A stretch of DNA of 64,000 nucleotides from an uncultured Acidobacteriota bacterium. Lineage in GTDB: Bacteria; Acidobacteriota; Thermoanaerobaculia; UBA5066; Gp7-AA6. Made by a program: the position numbers and the translations under genes. The stretch spans positions 213,297 through 277,296 of the forward strand of contig CAVRRE010000009.1 in the NCBI GenBank assembly GCA_963723535.1, in the 5' to 3' direction. Below, one piece after another: positions 56,066 through 64,000 of this stretch. How positions within the stretch are numbered: the stretch's first letter is position 1; each line of letters opens with the position of its first letter. Below the pieces are notes generated by a model, which made no database searches, was not told the DNA's origin, and was given only the letters and a program-made list of their open reading frames with translations.

Positions 56066-56308
56066 ATGGCGGACCGGAAAGACAAGGTCGCCGAGAGCGT
56101 TCCCGGAAAGTACTACGTCGACAGCCAGTGCATCGACTGCGACGTCTGCCGCGTGACCGCGCCCGACAATTTCCAGCGGAACGAGGAACGGGGCTATTCC
56201 TTCGTGTCGAATCAGCCGGTCACGCCCGACCAGGAGGCCCGCTGCCAGGAAGCCATGGACTCCTGTCCGGTCGAGGCGATCGGAAGCGACGGGGACGCCC
56301 CGGGATAG
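56066..56308 (+). CDS. small ferredoxin (single Fe-S cluster type)
   Basis: Intact 80-aa ORF: KYYVDSQCIDCDVCRVTAPDNF...EAMDSCPVEAI. This has the CxxCxxC...CP ferredoxin pattern. Confidence 0.85.
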   Translation: MADRKDKVAESVPGKYYVDSQCIDCDVCRVTAPDNFQRNEERGYSFVSNQPVTPDQEARCQEAMDSCPVEAIGSDGDAPG

Positions 56309-56312
56309 GCCT

Positions 56313-57269
56313 CTAGCCTCGCGCCGCGGCGCGCGTCTCGGGCGAGAGTCCCTGGAAGTACTCGATCGTGCGGCCGAGCCCTTCCTCGAGCTTCACCTTC
56401 GGCTCCCATCCGAGCTTCGCCTTCGCCTTCGCGATGTCGGGCTGGCGAACCTTGGGATCGTCCTCGGGAAGAGGCTTGAACACGATCTCGCTCGCGGTGC
56501 CCGTGAGCTTCTTGATCGTCTTCGCGAAATCCAGGACGGAGAGCTCCGCCGGATTGCCGATGTTGACCGGGTCGGTCACGTCCGACAGCAGCAGCCGGTA
56601 GATGCCGTCGATCAGGTCCGCGACGTAGCAGAAAGAGCGGGTCTGAGAACCGTCGCCGAAGACCGTGAGCGGCTCGCCGGCGAGGGCCTGGCAGATGAGG
56701 GCGGGAACGACGCGGCCGTCCCTCGGGCGCATGCGTTCGCCGTAGGTGTTGAAGATCCGGACGATGCGGGTGTCCACGCCGTGGGCGCGATGGTAGGCCA
56801 TGGTGATGGCCTCGGCGAACCGCTTGGCCTCGTCGTAGACGCCCCGGGGGCCGATCGGGTTGACGTTGCCCCAGTAGGTCTCGGGCTGCGGATGGACGAG
56901 GGGATCGCCGTAGACCTCCGAGGTCGAAGCGAGGAGGAACCGGGCGCCCTTGGCCTTGGCCAGCCCCAGCGCGTTGTGCGTGCCGAGGGAGCCGACCTTG
57001 AGCGTCTGGATCGGCAGCTCGAGATAGTCGATGGGCGAGGCCGGCGAGGCGAAGTGCATGACGGCATCGAGCGGGCCGTCGACGAAGATGTACTCGGCGA
57101 CGTTGTGGCGGACGTAGCGGAAGCGGCGGATCTCCTGGAGGTGCTCGATGTTCCGCATGTTGCCCGTGAGGAGGTTGTCCATCGCGATCACGTCGTGGCC
57201 CTCGGCGAGAAGCCGATCGCAGAGGTGGCTGCCGAGGAAGCCGGCGCCGCCGGTGACGAGGACGCGCAT
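56313..57269 (-). CDS. uxs: UDP-glucuronate decarboxylase (UDP-xylose synthase)
   Basis: Intact frame from ATG 57269: [37 protein letters not shown]...[83 protein letters not shown]...[11 protein letters not shown]...[12 protein letters not shown]. Confidence 0.9.
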   Translation of the reverse strand: MRVLVTGGAGFLGSHLCDRLLAEGHDVIAMDNLLTGNMRNIEHLQEIRRFRYVRHNVAEYIFVDGPLDAVMHFASPASPIDYLELPIQTLKVGSLGTHNALGLAKAKGARFLLASTSEVYGDPLVHPQPETYWGNVNPIGPRGVYDEAKRFAEAITMAYHRAHGVDTRIVRIFNTYGERMRPRDGRVVPALICQALAGEPLTVFGDGSQTRSFCYVADLIDGIYRLLLSDVTDPVNIGNPAELSVLDFAKTIKKLTGTASEIVFKPLPEDDPKVRQPDIAKAKAKLGWEPKVKLEEGLGRTIEYFQGLSPETRAAARG

Positions 57270-57271
57270 GC

Positions 57272-58571
57272 TCACCCCCGCCCCACGCCCGCGTACGTCC
57301 AGCCGAGCCGCCGCATCTCCTCCGGCTCGTAGACGTTGCGCAGGTCCACCATCGTCTTCGACCGCATCACCGTGGCCAGCCGACCGAGGTCGAGCTTGCG
57401 GAAGGCGTTCCACTCGGTGGCGAGAACCAGGAAGTCTGCGCCCGCGGCGCAGTCGTATGCGTCCTCCGCGTATTCGATGTCGGGGTAGAGAGCGCGGGCG
57501 TTCGGCATCGCGGCCGGGTCGAAGGCACGGACGCGCACGCTCTCGCCCCGGAGATCCTCGACGACGGCCAGCGCCGGGGACTCCCGGATGTCGTCGGTCT
57601 CGGGCTTGAACGAGAGCCCCAGGACCGCCGCCGTCTTGCCGGGAAGGGGTCCCGCGGCCTGCCGGATCTTCTCGATCATGCGGCGCTTCGTCTTCTCGTT
57701 GGCCCGGATCGTCGCTTCGATGATCTCGAAGGTGTACCCGGCCTGCCGGGCGAGGTCGGCGGCGGCCGCGGTGTCCTTGGGAAAGCACGATCCGCCGTAG
57801 CCGGGGCCCGGGATGGAGAAACTTGCCGCCGATCCGCTTGTCCAGGCCCATTCCCCGGGCGACGGCGTGGACGTCGGCGCCCATGAGCTCGCACATCCGG
57901 GCGATCTCGTTGATGAAGGAGATCTTGACCGCGAGGAAGCCGTTCGAGGCGTACTTGATGAGCTCGGCGGAGGCGACGTCGGTGATGACGAAGGGCGTCT
58001 CGACCAGGTAGAGCGGGCTGTAGATCTCTTTGAGCACGTCGACCGCGCGGGCGTCGCTCGCGCCGATGACGACGCGGTCCGGGCGCAGGAAGTCGGAGAC
58101 CGCCGAGCCTTCGCGCAGGAATTCCGGGTTCGAGACGACCGAGAACTCGTGCCGGCCGTTCTTCTCGCGGAGAATCTGCTCGATCATGCGGCCGGTGCCG
58201 GTCGGCACGGTCGACTTCGTCACGACGACCTTGTAGCCGTTCATGTGCTCGGCGATCGCCTCGGCGACCTGGCGGACGAAGGTCAGATCCGGCGAGCCGT
58301 CCTCCTTGGGAGGCGTTCCGACGGCGATGAAGATCGCGAGGGCCTCCTCGATGGTGGCCTTGAGGTCGGTCGTGAAGCGCAGGCGGCCGGCGCGTTCGTT
58401 GCGCGCGATGACTTCCTCGAGCCCCGGCTCGTAGATGGGAACGTGGCCGCGCTGCAGCGCCGCGATCTTCTCGGCATCCTTGTCCACGCAGACGACGTTC
58501 ATCCCGAAGTCCGCGAGGCAGGCCCCCGTGACGAGGCCGACGTAGCCGGTGCCGACCATGCAGATGTTCAT
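57272..58571 (-). CDS. ugd: UDP-glucose 6-dehydrogenase
   Basis: [32 protein letters not shown]...[17 protein letters not shown]...[11 protein letters not shown]...[16 protein letters not shown]...[26 protein letters not shown]...[10 protein letters not shown]. The frame changes near 57800 and 57690. The C-terminus is read from ORF 57272-57679: [23 protein letters not shown]...[12 protein letters not shown]. Confidence 0.9.
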
Positions 58572-58661
58572 GCGGTGCGCGCGTCTCCCCAGGCTCTCGC
58601 CGGATGCGACTCGATGAAACCGGCCCCGCCGGTGACGAGGGTCTTCACTCGGCTGCGGCTC

Positions 58662-59853
58662 TCAGGGCGAAGGCGTCGGCATCGGCTCGATGGTCCCGGA
58701 CGCGACTCCGTCCTTGTACTGCTTCTTGATTCCGGCCTTCTGACGGTCCTTGAGCAGCCAGCGCAGGATCGCGGACTCGTTGACGCCGACGACGAGGTTG
58801 TGCGCGGCGTCGAAGACGGACGGGTCGTTGATCAGCAGGCCGACGGTGCCGTCGCCTTCGTCGAGCTTCTGGCTGATCGAGTCGAGGTGCTGGGCGAAGC
58901 TCTGGAGATTCGTCGTGAACTGCTTCCCGAACTGGGGATCGTTCAGGAGGATCGGAATGGCGCCGTCGCCCTTCTGCAGGTTCTGCGCGACCGCGGCGAG
59001 GGTCGCGGCGGCCGTCGCGAGGTCGTCGACGAGGGCGTAGATCTTCTTCTTGCCTTCGGGGTCGGAGAGCAGGGCCGGGATGGCGCCCTCGCCGGTCCGG
59101 ACGCCCTCGTCGATCTTCGCGAGCAGCGACTGGACCGACCGGATCGCTCCCGCCAGCGATTCGCTCGTATCTTTGGCGTACCTCTCGTCGACGAGGAGCT
59201 TGCCGACGAGCCCCTGGCCGCTGTCGATCTTCTTCAGGATGGAGTTGAGCGAGCGCAGGGCGTCGTTGAAGCTGTTGCCGAGGTCCGTGCTTTCCTGGCT
59301 CTCCGACGTGATCGCGCCGAGAAAGCCTTCGCCCTTCTCCGTGCGGCCGAGGATCGCCTTCAGACGACTTGGCGATGGCCCCGAGATCGGTCAGGAGGTC
59401 GCCGCTGCCCTCGAGGAACTTCTCGAGTCCCGCTCCGGGGGCGGCCGGGATCTCGCCGCCGATCGGCACTTCGGGCTCGGTGGGGAGACCTCCGGCGAGC
59501 TCGATGTACTTGTCGCCCAGCAACCCGCGCGTCTTGATCGAGGCGCGGGTCCCTTTGCGTAGCATCGGAGCCCACCGCCGCACGACGTCGTAGCCGACCT
59601 GCACCGTGCGGTCCGCCGGATCGCCCGAGAGGTTGACCTCGAGGACGTTGCCGACCACGACTCCGTTGAGCATCACGACGTTCCCGGGGACGAGCCCCGC
59701 GGCCGTCTCGAAGTGCGTCGAGTAGGGGAACTTCTTGCGAAAGAGATTCGCCCGCTGGCCTACCATGAAGACCCCGATCATCGTCGCGACGAGCGCGATG
59801 ACGACCACGAGGCCGACGCGGAATCGCCGGCTGACCTGCTGTTCTCCTGCCAC
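58662..59853 (-). CDS. mlaD: MCE/MlaD-family protein with long C-terminal extension
   Basis: RRFRVGLVVVIALVATMIGVFMVG...YSTHFETAAGLVPGNVVMLNGVVVGNVLEVNL...RASIKTRGLLGDKYIELAGG. The frame changes near 59370 into a repeated ...GEGxxGxLL... region (ILKKIDSGQGLVGKLLVDE, GEGAIPALLSDPE, GDGAIPILLNDPQ, GDGTVGLLINDPS), ending at TGA 58662-58664. Confidence 0.8.
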
Positions 59854-59856
59854 GTC

Positions 59857-60723
59857 CTATGTTCCTTTCGCCGCGTCGTCGACTTTCGCGAAGACGCCGG
59901 TGCCGCACGGGAAGCCCATGGAGCGGAAGTACTCCATGAGCACGGGGTGGCCGCCGCGCGCGGCCTCGTCGAAGGTCCCGATGAACTGGAAGCGGCCCTG
60001 TTGCAAAAAGGCCAGCCGGTCGGCGACCGTGCGGGCGGCGACGATGTCGTGGGTGACGACGACCGAGGTCGTCTGCAGCCGGACGTTGATGTCGACGATG
60101 AGCTGCGCGATCTTCTCCGAGCTCAGGGGGTCGAGACCGGTCGTCGGCTCGTCGTAGAGGATGATTTCCGGATCCAGCGCGATCGAACGGGCGAGGGCCA
60201 CGCGCTTGCGCATGCCTCCCGAAAGCTCGGACGGCATCTTGCGCTGGATGCCCGGCAGGCCGACCATGGTGAGCTTCTCGGCGACGATCGCGACAACCTC
60301 TTCGGGCGTCTTGTCCGTGTGCTGCGAGATCGGAAAGCCCACGTTCTCCTCGACGTTCATGGAGTCGAACAGGGCGCCGCCCTGGAACAGCATGGCCGTC
60401 CGGCGCCGCACGGGGGAGAGGTCCTCCTCCGAGAGGCCGACGACCGAATCGCCGAACACGAGCACGTCGCCGGAGTCCGGCTGCGTGAGGCCGTTGATGT
60501 GGCGGAGGGTCACGCTCTTGCCGGTGCCCGACGGCCCGAGGACGCACAGAACCTCGCCGCGGCGGATCTTGAGGTTGACGCCGGCCAGGACGTCGCGGCC
60601 CGAGTAGCTCTTCCAGACCTCGCGGAACTCGACGATGATCTCTCCCCGCGGGTTCGGCGCGGGCGTCTCGCCGCGCGGGTCGGGCGCAGGCCGTGAAGCC
60701 GGGGCGGGGGCGGCGGCGCTCAT
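59857..60723 (-). CDS. mlaF: ABC transporter ATP-binding protein, MlaF-like
   Basis: Intact 288 codons from ATG 60723: IIVEFREVWKSYSGRDVLAGVNLKIRRGEVLCVLGPSGTGKSVTLRHINGL...LFQGGALFDSMNVEENV...LSGGMRKRVALARSIALDPEIILYDEPTTGLDP...VVVTHDI. Confidence 0.9.
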   Translation of the reverse strand: MSAAAPAPASRPAPDPRGETPAPNPRGEIIVEFREVWKSYSGRDVLAGVNLKIRRGEVLCVLGPSGTGKSVTLRHINGLTQPDSGDVLVFGDSVVGLSEEDLSPVRRRTAMLFQGGALFDSMNVEENVGFPISQHTDKTPEEVVAIVAEKLTMVGLPGIQRKMPSELSGGMRKRVALARSIALDPEIILYDEPTTGLDPLSSEKIAQLIVDINVRLQTTSVVVTHDIVAARTVADRLAFLQQGRFQFIGTFDEAARGGHPVLMEYFRSMGFPCGTGVFAKVDDAAKGT

Positions 60724-61550
60724 CAGATGGCCAGGAACAGCTTCGTCAGGAAGAAGTCCGAGATCAGGACGCAGATCGAGGCCAGGACCACCGTGCGCGT
60801 CGTCGCCTGGCCGACCGAGGCCGCGCCGCCCTGGGCCTGCAGGCCGTTGTAGCAGCCGATGGCCGCGATCTCGAGGCCGAAGAAGACCGTCTTGCCGAGG
60901 CCGCTGAAGATGTCGGAGATGGAGAGCTGCTGCCAGATGCTCGTGATGTAGTCCTGAGGCGTCATGTTGAGCTCGACGACGGCGATGAGGAGGCCGCCCA
61001 GGATGCCGAGCAGATCGGCGATGGCCGTCAGGACCGGCATCATGATGACCGTCGCGAGCACCCGCGGCACGACGAGCCGCCGGATCGGCGAGATCGCCAT
61101 GGCGCGCAGGGCGTCCACCTGCTCGGTCACGGTCATCGATCCGAGCTCGGCGGTGATGCCCGAGCCGACGCGGCCGCCCACCATGAGGGCCGTCAACACA
61201 GGGCCGAGCTCGCGGACCAGCGAGAGGGACACGACGCGTCCGATGAAGGCCTTCCCGCCGAAGGCCTCGAGCGAGTAGGCGCTTTGCAGAGCCAGCACCA
61301 TTCCGGTGAAGAGGGCGGTGATGCCGGTGATCGAGACGGACTTCACGCCGAGCTCGTCCATCTGGTGGAGGAGCTCGGAGGAGTAGAAGGGGCGCGTGAA
61401 AAACCCGGCAAAGGTCTGGCCGACGAGCTGCGCCAGGCCGCCGACGTACTCGACCGCCTGCTGGCCTTTTCGGCCGAAGCGATCGACGAACCGGAGCCAG
61501 CGAAGATTCCGATAGAAGATCGCCGTCGCGGACGGCTGGGGTTGAGTCAT
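60723..61550 (-). CDS. mlaE: ABC transporter permease, MlaE-like
   Basis: Intact 275-aa ORF: ...ELLHQMDELGVKSVSITGITALFTGMVLALQSAYSLEAFGGKAFIGRVVSLSLVRELGPVLTALMVGGRVGSGITAELGSMTVTEQVDALRAMAISPIRRLVVPRVLA... Its stop shares one nt with the mlaF ATG. Confidence 0.9.
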   Translation of the reverse strand: MTQPQPSATAIFYRNLRWLRFVDRFGRKGQQAVEYVGGLAQLVGQTFAGFFTRPFYSSELLHQMDELGVKSVSITGITALFTGMVLALQSAYSLEAFGGKAFIGRVVSLSLVRELGPVLTALMVGGRVGSGITAELGSMTVTEQVDALRAMAISPIRRLVVPRVLATVIMMPVLTAIADLLGILGGLLIAVVELNMTPQDYITSIWQQLSISDIFSGLGKTVFFGLEIAAIGCYNGLQAQGGAASVGQATTRTVVLASICVLISDFFLTKLFLAI

Positions 61551-61643
61551 GAGGACGCGGCATTCTACGCTGTCGCTCCCGGCGCTGTAAATGCCGGAAG
61601 CGCCGAGAGTTGTGGTCGTCGCCCTCTGCTACGATGCCGCGCC

Positions 61644-62390
61644 GTGCGGTTTCTGCGGTCGCTCGGCAGTTGGGTCGTGATCGCCGGGGCGACGATCCTC
61701 TGCGGCCTGCCGGCGATTCCGATGGGGTTCCTGCCGCCGCGGGGCTCGTGGTCCATGCGCTTCGGCCGGGCCTGGGCGAGGATGATCCTTCGGGGAACCG
61801 GCGTGACGGTGCGTGTCCTCCACGGGGAGCGATTCAGCGCCACGGGCGCCGTCATCGCTCCGAATCACGAAAGCTTCTACGACATCCTGGTTCTCTTCCA
61901 CATCCTGCCGATGCGGTTCGCGTTTCTCGCCAAGCGCAACCTCTTCCGCATTCCGATCCTCGGATGGTCGATGGCGGCGGCCGGCTTCGTGCCCGTCGAC
62001 CGGGGCGAGCATCGCCGCGGCACCGCCACGATCGACACGGCGCTGAAGCGGCTCGGCCGGGGGAGCTCGCTGATCGTCTTTCCCGAAGAAACCCGGACGC
62101 GCACGGGCGAGCTCCTGCCCTTCAAAGCCGGCGCCGCCCTTCTCGCCATCCGCTCGGGCTTGCCGCTCCAGCCGGTCGGGATCGCCGGCACTTTTGGCGT
62201 CCAGAGACGCGGCGGTTTTACGATCACGCCGTCGGAAGTCGTCGTCGCGGTCGGCGAACCGATCCCGGTGGAGGGCCGTACGATTCGCGACCGCAACACG
62301 CTCACCGCAGAGCTGCGAGAGCGGGTCGCGGCGCTCCGGGAAGAGGCGCGGGCGGCGCTGACATACAATTTCGACCGGAAAGACGAATGA
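61644..62390 (+). CDS. plsC: 1-acyl-sn-glycerol-3-phosphate acyltransferase
   Basis: Intact frame from GTG 61644: ...VIAPNHESFYDILVLFHILPMRFAFLAKRNLFRIPILGWSMAAAGFVPVDRG...LIVFPEETRTRTGELLPFKAGAALLA. The HX4D-like NHESFYD and the FPEGTR-like FPEETR blocks are both present. Confidence 0.85.
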   Translation: MRFLRSLGSWVVIAGATILCGLPAIPMGFLPPRGSWSMRFGRAWARMILRGTGVTVRVLHGERFSATGAVIAPNHESFYDILVLFHILPMRFAFLAKRNLFRIPILGWSMAAAGFVPVDRGEHRRGTATIDTALKRLGRGSSLIVFPEETRTRTGELLPFKAGAALLAIRSGLPLQPVGIAGTFGVQRRGGFTITPSEVVVAVGEPIPVEGRTIRDRNTLTAELRERVAALREEARAALTYNFDRKDE

Positions 62391-62412
62391 GCGCAACCAT
62401 ACTGAGGGTCGC

Positions 62413-63486
<1,074 letters not shown>

Positions 63487-63501
63487 AAGGCCGAAGCGCG
63501 G

Positions 63502-64000
63502 ATGGCCGTCCAGCTCGAAATCGTCAAGGCGGACATCACCTCCGTGCCCGTCGACGCCATCGTCAACCCGGCGAACGAGGCCCTGCAGCTCGGCTCCGGA
63601 GTGGCCGGTGCGATCCGTCAGCGGGGCGGCCCGTCGATCCAGGAGGAGTGCGACCGGATCGGCACGTGCGCGGTCGGGCAGGCCGTCGTGACGAAGGCCG
63701 GCAAGCTTCAAGCGAAGTGGGTCATCCACGCGGTCGGCCCGGTGTGGAAGGGCGGCGACTACGGCGAGGAGATGCTGCTCGCCTCGGCGGTGCTCCAGGC
63801 GCTGCGCCGGGCGGAGGACATCGGAGCGTCGTCCGTCGCGCTTCCGGCCATCTCCGCCGGGATCTTCGGGTTTCCGATCGAGCAGGCCGCTGAGATCTCC
63901 GTCGCCGCGGTGCGCTCTTTCATCCCGTCGGCCGAGTACGTCCAGAAGATCGTGTTCTGCCTCTTCGACGACAAGGTCTACGACGCGTTCCGCAAGGCGC
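63502..64000 (+). CDS. macro-domain protein (O-acetyl-ADP-ribose deacetylase-like), 3' end outside window
   Basis: MAVQLEIVKADITSVPVDAIVNPANEALQLGSGVAGAIRQRGG...VVTKAGKLQAKWVIHAVGPVW...ALPAISAGIFGFPIEQAAEI. Continuous frame to the window edge. Confidence 0.85.
   Translation, partial: MAVQLEIVKADITSVPVDAIVNPANEALQLGSGVAGAIRQRGGPSIQEECDRIGTCAVGQAVVTKAGKLQAKWVIHAVGPVWKGGDYGEEMLLASAVLQALRRAEDIGASSVALPAISAGIFGFPIEQAAEISVAAVRSFIPSAEYVQKIVFCLFDDKVYDAFRKA

Noticed and set aside
56313-58571. 752-aa ORF that looks like a bifunctional UDP-glucose dehydrogenase/UDP-xylose synthase fusion
   Set aside because: The central roughly 150 residues are Arg/Pro/Gly-rich out-of-frame text. The genuine Ugd C-terminus is in ORF 57272-57679 and ends at a TGA 2 nt before the uxs ATG (57269). 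This is two genes joined by frame breaks.

Overview
The window is very GC-rich (by eye about 70%, not counted) and densely coding. It looks like chromosomal DNA from a diderm bacterium. An Acidobacteriota-like lineage is a guess from gene content, not a result.

I can support about 58 protein genes and found no rRNA, tRNA or CRISPR array.

Gene content, in order:
- Cell-envelope and housekeeping genes: amrB, mtgA, lat, rsmA, rnj, uppP, ftsK, fmt, rsmB, PBP1A, a UvrA-family ATPase, mlaEFD, plsC, apbC.
- A groES-groEL operon with a near-perfect CIRCE operator and a clean terminator.
- Two polysaccharide-biosynthesis loci (20.0-24.8 kb and 28.0-35.3 kb) that flank groESL-ppk2.
- A GldA/F/G-type ABC module plus a DUF4340 protein.
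- Two sensor diguanylate cyclases.
- A long pentapeptide-repeat protein divergent from a Ycf46-like AAA+ ATPase.

Most notable biological feature: a roughly 346-codon LAGLIDADG-type intein sits inside the CxxxCxxC iron-sulfur motif of an Rv2578c/PA0069-type radical SAM gene (11744-13814, minus strand).

Most important technical observation: most long conserved genes, including essential groEL, ftsK, fmt and PBP1A, can only be read by changing frame repeatedly, about once per 300-600 nt. Nearly all the junctions I phased shift in the same direction, equivalent to +1 nt or -2 nt.
- I read this as systematic consensus error rather than pseudogenes.
- The supplied ORF track is therefore fragmented, or fused into chimeras.
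- Most gene ends below are approximate and were stitched by hand.
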